A stretch of DNA of 64,000 bases from a virus (taxonomy: Duplodnaviria; Caudoviricetes), in the IMG/VR virus record IMGVR_UViG_2519899680_000008, positions 30,944-94,943 of that record. One strand, given 5' to 3'. A model generated the notes under the pieces. It saw only the letters and a program-made list of their open reading frames with translations, was not told the origin of the DNA and ran no database searches. Positions 47,277 through 58,041 of this stretch are shown piece after piece. Numbering within the stretch: the first letter of the stretch is position 1; each line of letters opens with the position of its first letter. A program made the translations under genes and the position numbers.

Positions 47277-47951
47277 ATGGTTCAAACAATTTTAGACGAG
47301 GTAAAAGCGTATTTCGACGCCAAGGAAAATCCCACGGAAGAGGAACGTCGATTACAACAACGGCTGTCCGGAGGGTACTTCCCGATCTCTTTCGTGCACC
47401 GGGAAGACCTGGAGGCGAAAGGGTACGACATCCAAAAGATAGACGACGGACAGATGATGGAACTGGCCGCCAGAATGTCAAAAGATTACAAGGAACAACT
47501 CTACTGGACCAGTTTGGACATCATTGCCGGCGAAATCCTGGAGTTTCCCAAAAGCAAGGATGCCAACTGCCCGAAGTGCGGTTCGAAGAATTTCCGTTTT
47601 GATAGCCATAACGGCATGTTCCACTGTGAAACATGTCTCCAGACATGGGACGACAAGTTATACGTGCTGGTCGAATTTCCCGAGGATGCCTCCTCTTTCG
47701 AGGAAAGCGAAACCGGTTACCCCTCGTGGAACAGCGGGGACAACGGCGCACGCTATGTCCCCGAGGCGGAATACATCCGGGAATTCGGGAAATCTCCCAA
47801 GCCGGAAAAGTGTTACCGTGCCGTGTGCTGGCCGGACTCCCAGGAGTACATCGGGAAAGAAGAGTACGAACTTATCCAAGACGAGAACGGGATACGTGAT
47901 TTCGGCACGTCGGCGTGCTGGGTACCGCTACCAGTGATTAAGAAAATGTAA
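47277..47951 (+). CDS. Hypothetical protein with zinc ribbon
   Basis: CPKCG...CETC. Confidence 0.7.
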   Translation: MVQTILDEVKAYFDAKENPTEEERRLQQRLSGGYFPISFVHREDLEAKGYDIQKIDDGQMMELAARMSKDYKEQLYWTSLDIIAGEILEFPKSKDANCPKCGSKNFRFDSHNGMFHCETCLQTWDDKLYVLVEFPEDASSFEESETGYPSWNSGDNGARYVPEAEYIREFGKSPKPEKCYRAVCWPDSQEYIGKEEYELIQDENGIRDFGTSACWVPLPVIKKM

Positions 47952-47971
47952 AACCTAAAAAATAGAGACAA

Positions 47972-48094
47972 ATGAAAGAAACAAAGACACCGGTATGCCC
48001 CGAATGCGGGGTTACCGACATAGACATTCTGGACGACGAGGGCGTGGCGATTTGTAATGACTGCCATCTCGAATGGCCTTACGTGGAGGATTGA
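47972..48094 (+). CDS. 40-aa zinc-ribbon protein (not in ORF track)
   Basis: MKETKTPVCPECGVTDIDILDDEGVAICNDCHLEWPYVED*. Confidence 0.65.
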   Translation: MKETKTPVCPECGVTDIDILDDEGVAICNDCHLEWPYVED

Positions 48095-48096
48095 GG

Positions 48097-48858
48097 ATGG
48101 AAACAGTAGATGTTTATACAGAGCGTGGCGACCTGGTTACCTGTTCCGATTGCGGCAAGGTGATGCTCCTGCCGTATGGAGCGGATAAATGTCCGGGCTG
48201 CAAGAAAGAGGGCTGCCTGGCATGGACGGACGGGAATTTGCAGGAGGCCGACCTCGACTCCCTGCTCGAGGGACACTATAACCTGCACCAGAAGAGGGAA
48301 CTGCAACCGGAAGATTTCCTGTCGCTTCCCGTATTAGCAACCGAGCATATTCCATACCTGACGAACAAACCCCAGACCGCCCGGGAAACCCTCTCCCGGC
48401 TCCTTGAAATCAGCAGGCTTTTTGAGGAACACTGGCGTGGCACGGGATGTTTCCAATCGGAGAACATCTACACGCCCGCCATCAAGGCATTGCTTGACAA
48501 ACTGAACGGAAAACTGAAGGAGGGTGACCCGATACCGATAGAATACCAGGACTGCCGCTCCCCCGGGGAGTTCTTCCGGGTGGTTGCCGACGAACGTCCC
48601 GCGACGAAAGAGGTGCTGTTCTCCTCGGACGGGGAGGGAAACTACTATTTCAACGGGCGCAAGGTCAAGGTGGAAAATTCTGACGGGTACGCCTACCGCC
48701 TGCTGAAAACCAAAATACAGACGGACTACCGGCGGCCGGTAGATTTTTACTTCCGCTTCCTTGCCCGCTGCGGACCACACGGAACTTATGGCAACGCGTA
48801 TTACCCGAGTATCACGGACCTGATATGCAGGTGCTACCTGCCTGAACCCACAAAATGA
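48097..48858 (+). CDS. Hypothetical protein with N-terminal zinc ribbon
   Basis: CSDCG...CPGC. Confidence 0.65.
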   Translation: METVDVYTERGDLVTCSDCGKVMLLPYGADKCPGCKKEGCLAWTDGNLQEADLDSLLEGHYNLHQKRELQPEDFLSLPVLATEHIPYLTNKPQTARETLSRLLEISRLFEEHWRGTGCFQSENIYTPAIKALLDKLNGKLKEGDPIPIEYQDCRSPGEFFRVVADERPATKEVLFSSDGEGNYYFNGRKVKVENSDGYAYRLLKTKIQTDYRRPVDFYFRFLARCGPHGTYGNAYYPSITDLICRCYLPEPTK

Positions 48859-48927
48859 ATCCTGAAAAGGCGATGAACAACAGTTCACCGCCTTTCTTAT
48901 TGTATAACTATTTTAATATCAATCATT

Positions 48928-49821
48928 ATGGCAACAACATTCGAAACCATGACTGCCCCCGTGCAGTTCGACTTCCAGAACAACAACGTCGAGGTGATGA
49001 CGCTCGACACGCTCCGCCGCACGCACAAGGAGAATGACATTTACGGTAACCCCGTCAAGGGCATCTACCACTACGAGGTGATAGAGCGTCTGGCTGACAC
49101 CTGCAAGAAGTACAACCTGAATTACGAGGTGGAGGAAATCTTCGCCGCCCAGAACAAGAACAAGGCCCAGCCCGGCGTGGTCGTCCTGCCGCAGGTGGAA
49201 GAGAAATATGGCGAGAACGCCGTCGAGGCGCACGTCCTGCGCCGGGTATACGCGACCATCCGCATCAAGAACTGGGAGACGGACGAGCTGACCACCACGC
49301 TGGTCGTGGCCTTCCACCAGGATGGCATCCAGGCAGCGATAGGCCCGTGCGTGCTCGTGTGCCACAACCAGTGCATCCTTTCCCCCGAGCGCAGCGTGTC
49401 GAACTACGGGAAAGACAAGGTTACCACCGAGGAACTTTTCGATCGCGTGGACGGGTGGCTCTCAAACTTCGAGGAACAGATGAACGAGGACAGGGAGCGT
49501 ATCCGCCGCCTGAAGGAGAAGAAAGTCTCACCCGTGGAGATGTACGCCTACATCGGCCTGCTGACGGCGTTGCGGGTCTCGCATGACAGCTCCGACAAGC
49601 GCCTCTCGTCCAAGGTGGAAACCTACCCGTTGAACCAGTCCCAGATTTCTATCTTCACCGAGGACCTGCTCAAACTCGCCGAAGAGAAACAGACGCTCAC
49701 GGCGTGGGACGTGTACAACTGCGCGACTGAACTTTATAAACCGGGCAGGACTGACCTTCCGGCGATGATTCCCCAGAACGGGGCGCTGGCAGAGGTCATG
49801 CTTTCGGGTTCACTTAACTGA
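48928..49821 (+). CDS. DUF932-like protein
   Basis: 'VLVCHNQCI' and 'LTAWDVYNCATE' motifs. Confidence 0.6.
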   Translation: MATTFETMTAPVQFDFQNNNVEVMTLDTLRRTHKENDIYGNPVKGIYHYEVIERLADTCKKYNLNYEVEEIFAAQNKNKAQPGVVVLPQVEEKYGENAVEAHVLRRVYATIRIKNWETDELTTTLVVAFHQDGIQAAIGPCVLVCHNQCILSPERSVSNYGKDKVTTEELFDRVDGWLSNFEEQMNEDRERIRRLKEKKVSPVEMYAYIGLLTALRVSHDSSDKRLSSKVETYPLNQSQISIFTEDLLKLAEEKQTLTAWDVYNCATELYKPGRTDLPAMIPQNGALAEVMLSGSLN

Positions 49822-49835
49822 CAAGACACGGTATC

Positions 49836-50057
49836 ATGGCAGGAAGAACGTATAAACGGGCGACGCTCGAAAAACGGCTCGAACGGCTTGAGAAGAGCCT
49901 GCACAAAGAGAAATCGCGCCTGCACGGTGTCATCGACAACACGGGCTGGGGCACGGGAGGGCGGCGTGCGAAATGCACGCCGTCCTTCCGCCGCGAAGCG
50001 GAGTTGAAAGAGAAAATACGGGATGTCAAACAGCTCATCGCCATGCGCGATTCATAG
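49836..50057 (+). CDS. Small basic coiled-coil protein
   Basis: ORF between DUF932-like and recombinase genes. Confidence 0.55.
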   Translation: MAGRTYKRATLEKRLERLEKSLHKEKSRLHGVIDNTGWGTGGRRAKCTPSFRREAELKEKIRDVKQLIAMRDS

Positions 50058-50060
50058 GCC

Positions 50061-50651
50061 ATGACACGCATCCGGGGACAACTCACGACAGCGGACTACC
50101 TTCCCATAGCGGAATATAACAGGCTGGTCCGCGGGCTTGAGAAGGACGGCGAGTACCTGTGGGAAACGTACTGCTGGCTGTCGTTCTGCACGGCATGCAG
50201 GGCCTCCGACGTGAGAGCCCTGCGCTGGAAAGACATCCTGGGGAAAAGCACCATGGCCCGCGTCGAGCAGAAAACAAAGAAAAACCGCCTGATCAAGTTC
50301 AACAGGGACGTGCAGGAGAAGAACCGTTTCCTGTACGGGATGCTCGGACAACCCGATCCCGAACAGTACATCTTCCTCAGCCCGCGTACCGGGAAACCCT
50401 ACTCGCTGGAATACATCAACAGGCTGCTCAAGGTCTTCCGGGTAAGGTACAGGCTGCCGATCAGGGCATTCTCCACGCATACCTTCCGCAAGACCTTCGG
50501 GCGGTACGTCTACGAGCTGATGGGACGCTCGGCCGAGAGCCTGATCCTGCTCAACCAGATATTCCGGCACTCCAACCTGGAAACCACCCGCCGGTACATC
50601 GGCCTGGCACAGGAGGACATCGACAAGGTGTTCGATTCCATACGTCTATGA
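50061..50651 (+). CDS. Tyrosine recombinase, catalytic domain only (196 aa)
   Basis: R (CRASD), K (EQKTKK), HxxR (THTFRKT), H (FRHS), Y (TRRYI). Confidence 0.9.
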   Translation: MTRIRGQLTTADYLPIAEYNRLVRGLEKDGEYLWETYCWLSFCTACRASDVRALRWKDILGKSTMARVEQKTKKNRLIKFNRDVQEKNRFLYGMLGQPDPEQYIFLSPRTGKPYSLEYINRLLKVFRVRYRLPIRAFSTHTFRKTFGRYVYELMGRSAESLILLNQIFRHSNLETTRRYIGLAQEDIDKVFDSIRL

Positions 50652-50736
50652 CAATATTACCCACGATGCCGAAAACCATCCGTTCGGTTTACGGGCTACG
50701 CTTTAATATAGAAACACATCAAAATCAGAACTGCAA

Positions 50737-51696
50737 ATGGACAAACCTATATATATCGACACGTACTTCCGTGTCGAGTCCGGCTATGACGGCGGTCGCA
50801 TGCCGGAAGAGAAAGCCGGGCGCTTCTTCGACGAGGTGAAGCGCCTTTTCACGGAAACAGGGTTCAGCGTCAAGGAAAGCAAATACAAAGACGGCTGTCC
50901 CGAGGTGTACCTCGGCAAGACATGCCTGTACTGCCACCCGCAATCGCTATCGGGTCCCGTTCTTAAAGAGCACATGGGACTTATCGAGAAGATCCTGACA
51001 CAAGGAACGACCTTCCAGTACCTGTGTACGGACACTTACGGCGAGATTCTCGACCTGACGGAGGAGGAAGAGCTCGCGTATTACCACGAGACGCATGATA
51101 TGACTATCGGGGGTGTCTTTCTCGACGCCTTCCGCACCAAACGCCGTAACCTGTACAAGAGCCGGGAACAGGTGCTGGAAATACTCGTCGAAAAACTGCG
51201 CGTCAAGACGCTCCGTGGGGGTTCCGTCTATTCGAATACCTCCCCGGTATATCGCTATATCAGGGAAACGTACGGGAAGATGGTATCCGAAGGACGGCTC
51301 GTCGAGGGATGCAAGCAAACCGCCTCCGGGAAACTGCCGCTCTGCCGTACGGCAACCGACAAAGAACTCAAAGCGGTAAAGGCACCCGAAAAAATAAATG
51401 CAAAGACAAGATCTCTGAACTACACGCTGCCTAACGGAAAGACAATAGAACTGTTTTCCGAGATGCGCACCGCCAACTACGACTTCGGGGATTTCGATGA
51501 AACTGTCGAGGTGCTGGTAAAGGCGTACCGAAAAGCGAGAGACAAGCAAACGAAAGAAACCATGGAACGTCGGATAGAGGCCCAGTGCGACGCTTTCGCC
51601 GAGTTCCTGGGCATGCAGTATGAAGAGATACAAAGCATGAATTTCTCTGACTTGTCCTCGGGAATCAAGGAATCACTGCTATCATACACCTCATAA
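50737..51696 (+). CDS. Hypothetical protein
   Basis: 319-aa ORF. Confidence 0.7.
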   Translation: MDKPIYIDTYFRVESGYDGGRMPEEKAGRFFDEVKRLFTETGFSVKESKYKDGCPEVYLGKTCLYCHPQSLSGPVLKEHMGLIEKILTQGTTFQYLCTDTYGEILDLTEEEELAYYHETHDMTIGGVFLDAFRTKRRNLYKSREQVLEILVEKLRVKTLRGGSVYSNTSPVYRYIRETYGKMVSEGRLVEGCKQTASGKLPLCRTATDKELKAVKAPEKINAKTRSLNYTLPNGKTIELFSEMRTANYDFGDFDETVEVLVKAYRKARDKQTKETMERRIEAQCDAFAEFLGMQYEEIQSMNFSDLSSGIKESLLSYTS

Positions 51697-51707
51697 ATAC
51701 TTCCAAC

Positions 51708-54704
51708 ATGTACCAGATTCATCCACTGAAAATATCGCAATCCGTCAGGCAAGCGGTTAACGAGAAAATTCTGGCGGCCATTGATTCCGGTTCGTCCGAG
51801 TTTACAGCCGAAACCGTGTATAATTCCTACACCGGGCACGGCGGACTTCACACGTTGAAACAAGGGGATTTCGCTTCCTATTCCGAGTATGCCGAAGCCA
51901 AGCGGGAACAGGAAATGGGCCAGTTCTTCACGCCGCACGAGATTTGCCGGACGATGGTCGATGCCGCTTGCCCGCAATCCACGGACATGATTCTGGATAT
52001 GTGCTGCGGTATGGGAAACTTTTTCAATTTCTTGCCTAACCCGTATAACGCCTACGGTTTCGACATAGACCCTGACGCGGTCAAAGTCGCCAGATTCCTC
52101 TATCCGAACGCGCACATCAATGTCGCGGACATCCGTACCTGTGAAATGGAGGAACGTTTCGACATCCTGATCGGTAACCCGCCATTCAACCTCGATTTCG
52201 ACGGCACCCCTTCACAATTCCACTACTGCAACAAAGCTTACTGGATGCTGAACCCCGCCGGTCTGCTGTTGATGATCGTTCCCGCCACGTTCCTGAAAGA
52301 CGAATTCTGGGACAAAACGAGAATCAACGCCATAAACCGGGATTTCTCCTTCATCGGGCAGACAAAACTCCCGTCCGATGCCTTCAAGCGGGTGGGTGTG
52401 GCGAAGTTCGACACCAAAATCATGGCATTTTTGCGGGCATCCAAACACATCGAGATGCAACCTTACCGTGCAGAGGAGTTCTGCACGATGGAGCAACTGG
52501 GAGAGCGGATCGCGAAAGGCAGAGGCATCCGGGAAGAGATTAAACTGCTGTTACATCAGGAAATCTCGGAAGAAACGATGGCGGAAAACCGCGAGTTCGA
52601 GTACCGGCTGAAAAAATACCTGTACGAAATCAAGACCCACAAGGCACTCCAAAAACATTACGACAAGTCCGTTGCACTGGTCTCCAGGTTCCGCAACCAG
52701 CGTCCGCCTGAAAACTGCACGGTGGAAGAGTACAAAGCGTGGGAACGCCGGAAACTGACCTACAAAAAAGTACTGGGCGTCCTGCGGCGCCACATCCGCG
52801 ACCAAAACATTATTCCCCGTAAAGAAGTGGCATTGGTAAAGACTTCGTACGGCTTCAAACTGAAAGGATACGCCCCGCACTTGCTGGACAGAGTGGGACA
52901 CACCTACTCGTCCCTGAACGACATCCTCATCGGAGAGAAACCGCTCCCGGCACTCCCGGAAATGACCCCGCGCCAGAAGGAACAATACGCAATGGCAGAA
53001 CGCTTCATCGCCAAGAAACGCAGGGCTTACGAACTCCAGTCGGTAAAATTCACCGCTATGCAGCGGGATACCGCGCTGGACGAGCGGATCGCTTCCCTGA
53101 GCTTCCTGAACAAGGACATGCAGACATGCCAATTCACCGCGCTGCAACAACACGACATGGGACTGGTCTTTCAAAAACGCTACGCGCTTCTCAACTGGCA
53201 GCAAGGCTCCGGTAAAACCGCCGTAGCATACCACTACGCCAAGTTTCGTGATACGCGGACAAAAAACACCGTGGTTTTGGCACCGTCCATCGCCATACAC
53301 ATGACATGGGAACCCTTCCTGCAACGCCACGGCGAACCGTTCGTTACCGTCAGCCGCCCCGAACATCTGAAAGCTGTCGGGGCCGGCATGTTCGTGCTGG
53401 TGTCGTTGACGATGCTGGGTGATTTGAAGGCGGCCCTCAAAACATTCATGAAGCGTCGCTCCAACAAAATATGCCTGATATTCGACGAGTCGGACGAAAT
53501 AACCAACCCTTACGCCCTGCGGACCCGTCTGACAATGGAACTGTTCCGCAGGGCCGAATTCAAGCTGCTGGCCACCGGCACGACAACGCGCAACTCGATC
53601 GTGGAGCTCTACTCGCAGTTTGAATTGATGTACAACAACTCCGTAAACATGATTTGTTACGCCTCACGGGTGTACTTCGAGGACAAGGAGCGGAACATTT
53701 CGGAGAAATACAACGAGCATTGTCTCCGTCCGTTCCCCGCACGTGGCGGTGCAAGGCTGTTCCGTGCCAGCTTCTGCCCGGGCAAGGCTACCGTATTCGG
53801 GGTGGAGAAACACAACCAGGACATATACAACCAGACCCACCTTTCCGAACTCATCGACAAAACCATCATTACACGGAAATTCAAGGAGTTCGCCGGAGAT
53901 AAATACGAAATCATCAACTACACCGTAACCCCCGGAGAGGGTGAACGGGCGGTATATCGTACCATCATGGAGAGATTCCATGAAATCCTGCATCTTTATT
54001 TCAGCCCGATGACGGACAAGAGAAAAGAATCCCATCTCAAAATCGCACGCCAGATACAGCTCCTTATCAAAGCCTGTTCGGTTCCGCACAAGATGAGCGG
54101 TTACCATGGCGACCCCTATCCGGAAAAGGCCAAGCTGATCGGACGCAAGTTGCGCTATGAACTGCGCGGCAAGGTCGCCATCGGCTGTACCTCGCTCGAT
54201 GCGGTGGCCATGTACCAGGAATTTCTCAAGGAGCATTTCCCGCAAAGACCACTGTTCGTCATACGTGGAAACGTGGGCTTCAAGACGCGACAGCGCCTGC
54301 TCGACAGGTTCGAGAAGACGATGGACGGTATTCTGGTCTGCACGCAGCAGAGCCTGAGAAGCTCGGTCAATGTTCCCGGTTGCGAGGACATCATTATCGA
54401 ATCCCTGCTCTGGAACATCCCGCGCATGGAGCAATTCTACTTCCGCTTCATCCGTCTGGACTCGGAAGGTATGCGCCATGTCCATTACATTACCTACGGG
54501 GATTCCATCGAACAGAACCTGATGGCACTGGTGCTCGCCAAGGAACGGTTGAACGAGTTCGTCAAAAACGGGAAGGTAACGGAGGAATCGGACATCTTCG
54601 AGGAGTTCGACATCTCTCCCGACATCATAGAAACCCTCTTCAGACGCGAGAAAGACGAGAAAGGTAATTTCCACATCTGCTGGGGCGCACAAAAAGTAAG
54701 TTAA
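51708..54704 (+). CDS. N6-adenine methyltransferase fused to SF2 (SNF2-like) helicase, DarB-like
   Basis: GQFFTP, ILDMCCGMG, IGNPPF; helicase NWQQGSGKT, IFDESD, ATGT, C-terminal QFYFRFIR. Confidence 0.85.
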   Translation: MYQIHPLKISQSVRQAVNEKILAAIDSGSSEFTAETVYNSYTGHGGLHTLKQGDFASYSEYAEAKREQEMGQFFTPHEICRTMVDAACPQSTDMILDMCCGMGNFFNFLPNPYNAYGFDIDPDAVKVARFLYPNAHINVADIRTCEMEERFDILIGNPPFNLDFDGTPSQFHYCNKAYWMLNPAGLLLMIVPATFLKDEFWDKTRINAINRDFSFIGQTKLPSDAFKRVGVAKFDTKIMAFLRASKHIEMQPYRAEEFCTMEQLGERIAKGRGIREEIKLLLHQEISEETMAENREFEYRLKKYLYEIKTHKALQKHYDKSVALVSRFRNQRPPENCTVEEYKAWERRKLTYKKVLGVLRRHIRDQNIIPRKEVALVKTSYGFKLKGYAPHLLDRVGHTYSSLNDILIGEKPLPALPEMTPRQKEQYAMAERFIAKKRRAYELQSVKFTAMQRDTALDERIASLSFLNKDMQTCQFTALQQHDMGLVFQKRYALLNWQQGSGKTAVAYHYAKFRDTRTKNTVVLAPSIAIHMTWEPFLQRHGEPFVTVSRPEHLKAVGAGMFVLVSLTMLGDLKAALKTFMKRRSNKICLIFDESDEITNPYALRTRLTMELFRRAEFKLLATGTTTRNSIVELYSQFELMYNNSVNMICYASRVYFEDKERNISEKYNEHCLRPFPARGGARLFRASFCPGKATVFGVEKHNQDIYNQTHLSELIDKTIITRKFKEFAGDKYEIINYTVTPGEGERAVYRTIMERFHEILHLYFSPMTDKRKESHLKIARQIQLLIKACSVPHKMSGYHGDPYPEKAKLIGRKLRYELRGKVAIGCTSLDAVAMYQEFLKEHFPQRPLFVIRGNVGFKTRQRLLDRFEKTMDGILVCTQQSLRSSVNVPGCEDIIIESLLWNIPRMEQFYFRFIRLDSEGMRHVHYITYGDSIEQNLMALVLAKERLNEFVKNGKVTEESDIFEEFDISPDIIETLFRREKDEKGNFHICWGAQKVS

Positions 54705-54720
54705 ACTAAAAATTATCGAT

Positions 54721-55296
54721 ATGGTTATCATCGCACAACAACAGCCGGACGGTGTCATCAGGTATATTTCCGTACCGAGATTTTACAATTATGACCTGCC
54801 GCACATTCTGAAAAATTTCTACCCGAAAGAGTCCAGGGTCTCCGCGCTGATCGACCTGGGTAATCTGGTCACGCTCAGACCGACTCCCTTCGGCAAACCC
54901 AAAGATTATTACGACAAGGTGTATTGCCGTGCAAGGATTCGTGACGACAAGGAAAAGAAGGGCAAACACCTGCCGAGATATGTCGATTCGGGGGAGGAAC
55001 TGCTGAAACTCGAAGCGGAAGGATTCCTGTTCAAAGAGGGACAATGGCACCATTTCAGGGCCGGGAAACTTTCCGTATCCCTGCCGGAATCCCTGGATAG
55101 CGGGAAAAATGGGAACTTATCCGCCCTGACAATAACCCGAATGAGCGGGGACGGGCAACTACACGCACTTCCCGACACGGAAATCTCAACATGGAATACA
55201 CTGCTTTCCAAGGCAAAAGAAAACAACGAGCCGTATTTCGTGTTCCGTGACAAGCGACTCGTCACAACTATCAATCACCCATTAAACAGATCATAG
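54721..55296 (+). CDS. Hypothetical protein
   Basis: ORF in run. Confidence 0.7.
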   Translation: MVIIAQQQPDGVIRYISVPRFYNYDLPHILKNFYPKESRVSALIDLGNLVTLRPTPFGKPKDYYDKVYCRARIRDDKEKKGKHLPRYVDSGEELLKLEAEGFLFKEGQWHHFRAGKLSVSLPESLDSGKNGNLSALTITRMSGDGQLHALPDTEISTWNTLLSKAKENNEPYFVFRDKRLVTTINHPLNRS

Positions 55297-55299
55297 GTC

Positions 55300-57036
55300 A
55301 TGAGAAAAGAAATTTATACGGCCGTAGCCAATCTTCCTGAACATCTGGTGACACAGGAAATTGCTCAGGCGGCTATTGAAGAGGGTAATCTCAAACTGCT
55401 GGACTGCCTTCCGCACCGATATCTGACAGAAGAAGCAGTCATGTCCATCATCAACCGCAATGAAAAGAGTTACAGCTGGGATACATTCCAGCTCTCCAAT
55501 ATCCCGGAAGAATTGCGCGGTGAGCAGCTTTGCGAGTTCGCCGTCAGGAAAGACTGCGACAACATCGTCCACGTCCCGAAAAAACTCCGTTCATCCACGA
55601 TGCTGGAAAACCTGTTAGAACGGAAAGATGCCGGGATCAAGTACCTGCACCTGTTCCAACCGTCGCTTTGGAACGCCGAACTGGTTCGTAAAGGCATAAC
55701 GTCCGTCTACTCCCGTGTCATTGGTTCTTACCGGCACGGCAGGTACGGCGGGTACCAGACGACTCACGATATTAAGCGGGTGCAAATTTTCTTGAGCTTT
55801 GTTCCCGCTGCCATACTGAACCGGCGGTTCTATCTGGACTTGTTTTCCTCCGGTCTGAAAGCCGAGGATCTGGACGTGCTGGTTCCCAATCGTTACAAAT
55901 ACGGAGAATACTACTTGAAGATAGCGAGCCTCGATTTCAGCCTCGTGCCTCCCGCCTACTATGATTACACTACCGTTACGAACGCCATCATACACGGAAA
56001 ACTCTCCATCTGTCACGGCCAGTACGAACGAAACGGGATTATGGAAAACCACAAGGAAACCATCTTTCACCTGATGGACGACAAGATGGCTGACCAAATT
56101 GTCCTCAAGGAGCCCCGCGCCTTTAAATACCTGCCGGAGAACTTCCAGACTTCGGCAAGGCTTATCAAAGCCCTGGAAGCCGACGAAAGGGACAACATCC
56201 ATCTCCGTAAGGATGACAAACACCTCCTTACCGAAGAGGTCTGCAAGACCTATGTGCGCAAGAACATCGAGACGCCCGAGTTTCCGGAATCCGTGTGGAC
56301 ACCGGAGTTTGTGGAATACTGTATGGTGCACGGCACCTCTTTCCGTTGGTTCTCCCGGATGCCCAAGCAGATGCAAACGAGGGAAATCGTGTACAAAGCG
56401 TTGGAATACAGTGGACATCATCTCTCCGAAGTGAGACCGGAACTGATACCTCTGGAGCAGGCACAACGGCTGTACCGGAAAAACGAATATTACCGTGAAT
56501 ATATCCCGCAGCGTTTCATTGCCGAGTTCCGGAACGAAACGGGACTGGAAGAGGCATTCTTCGGAGGCGAGGTCTCCTTCTCCCACCTGCGGGAATTCCG
56601 CGAGAACGACACCTACTGCAAGCTCGGGAACACCTATATCGGTATCCGTAGTGAACGGGGTATCCGCTACAACACCTACCAGGTGCTTGTTGTGACCCGT
56701 CGTACCCCGCAGGCATTCCGGCCGGTAACGCTGTTTGAATGTCCCATCGGCACATTCCATACCACGTGGCTGGAAAAACTGATAGCCGACAACGATGCTT
56801 CATTTGTCAAGCCGTCCGTCCCGAAAGAACTCAAACCGTACCAGTTTAACGGATATTATACTGTGGAGAAGGTAGGTGAAGAGGACGGAGTCGCCATCTA
56901 CGCCAATGAACTGCTGGAAGAAAGGGTGTTTTATACCGCACAACTGGAAACGGGTATCGAGATGAGCCACTCTCTGTCCGAGCTGAAAAACGAGATCCGG
57001 TCGTCACGGGTAGCGGGAAAGGAGAATGCGGCATGA
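55300..57036 (+). CDS. Helical repeat protein (DUF4116-like repeats)
   Basis: Recurring 'L..IPEE.RT.E.C..AV'-type repeats. Confidence 0.65.
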   Translation: MRKEIYTAVANLPEHLVTQEIAQAAIEEGNLKLLDCLPHRYLTEEAVMSIINRNEKSYSWDTFQLSNIPEELRGEQLCEFAVRKDCDNIVHVPKKLRSSTMLENLLERKDAGIKYLHLFQPSLWNAELVRKGITSVYSRVIGSYRHGRYGGYQTTHDIKRVQIFLSFVPAAILNRRFYLDLFSSGLKAEDLDVLVPNRYKYGEYYLKIASLDFSLVPPAYYDYTTVTNAIIHGKLSICHGQYERNGIMENHKETIFHLMDDKMADQIVLKEPRAFKYLPENFQTSARLIKALEADERDNIHLRKDDKHLLTEEVCKTYVRKNIETPEFPESVWTPEFVEYCMVHGTSFRWFSRMPKQMQTREIVYKALEYSGHHLSEVRPELIPLEQAQRLYRKNEYYREYIPQRFIAEFRNETGLEEAFFGGEVSFSHLREFRENDTYCKLGNTYIGIRSERGIRYNTYQVLVVTRRTPQAFRPVTLFECPIGTFHTTWLEKLIADNDASFVKPSVPKELKPYQFNGYYTVEKVGEEDGVAIYANELLEERVFYTAQLETGIEMSHSLSELKNEIRSSRVAGKENAA

Positions 57037-57893
57037 ATAAATATCAGATAGTCATCGAGGAGACCCTGCGCAGAATCGTGGAGGTCGAGGAGGAAACACC
57101 CGGGCTGGCCGTCAGCCGGGCGGAAGACGAGTACAACGAGCAGAAACACGTGCTCTCGGCCGATGATTTTACCGGTGCCGACATCGCTCTCTCCCCTGAT
57201 GACGAGACAATGAAACGCGCCCTGGGGGACAGCAGCTTTACCAAATACGTGGAAGAACGCTTTGAGGAGTATAAAGAGCTCGTATCCATCGAGGACAAAA
57301 TCCGGCTGACGTTCGGAAGTTTCGACAACGCCCTGTATGAGTTTAACGAACACCGTGAGGAATTAGCCCGGAACCGACCTCAGGTCTACCTGCTGTACAG
57401 GAGCGATGCCTGGCACAGCCGTTCTTCCATGCGGCTTCTCGCCCCGTTTTCCTCGTTCGGGAAGGTCATGGAATATTTACGGCGCAAGAAGGAGGAATTC
57501 CGCCTGACGGCAGAGGACCTGAAAACGTTCGAGAACAACCGCCAGACGCGGAGGCACGACGAGAACTACCTGTGCGAATCGGGTTATCTCGACGACCTGC
57601 CGGAACGTCCGCCAAGAGAGGACGACTTCTACGACAAAGTTTTCGTCCACGGCGCCTCCGAGCTGTCGCGCCGGAAGCTGGAATCCCTGCCGGTCCCGTT
57701 CGATACCTATGATGTCACGGACGAGCAGATGGAGCGGATCGTGTGGGAAACGGAAATGGAAACCCGTGACCGTCTGAGACTCGGCGAAAATGAACCCATC
57801 AATTTCAACAAGGAGCGTCATAGCGAGGTGTGGTGGGAAGAGATGGAGAAAACGGTGCTAAGGCACGGGGTACCGTATTACGAGGATGAATAA
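57033..57893 (+). CDS. DpnD/PcfM-like domain protein
   Basis: N-terminal 'KYQIVIEETLRRIVEVEEET...AEDEYNEQKHVLSADDF'. Confidence 0.7.
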   Translation: MNKYQIVIEETLRRIVEVEEETPGLAVSRAEDEYNEQKHVLSADDFTGADIALSPDDETMKRALGDSSFTKYVEERFEEYKELVSIEDKIRLTFGSFDNALYEFNEHREELARNRPQVYLLYRSDAWHSRSSMRLLAPFSSFGKVMEYLRRKKEEFRLTAEDLKTFENNRQTRRHDENYLCESGYLDDLPERPPREDDFYDKVFVHGASELSRRKLESLPVPFDTYDVTDEQMERIVWETEMETRDRLRLGENEPINFNKERHSEVWWEEMEKTVLRHGVPYYEDE

Positions 57894-57936
57894 CGACAAC
57901 GGCATAACATTGTTCATCGGTTGCCATTATGATGAC

Positions 57937-57971
57937 GGGCTGTCGCGGTTTCGGCCGCGGCGGCCTTTTTT
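57937..57971 (+). terminator. Intrinsic terminator
   Basis: GC-rich stem with TTCG loop and T run. Confidence 0.75.
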
Positions 57972-58041
57972 AATAAAAGGAGGTGAATACTCCACCCCTT
58001 TTACTGCCGACAACGCTAATCTTAAAATAAAAGACAAGATA

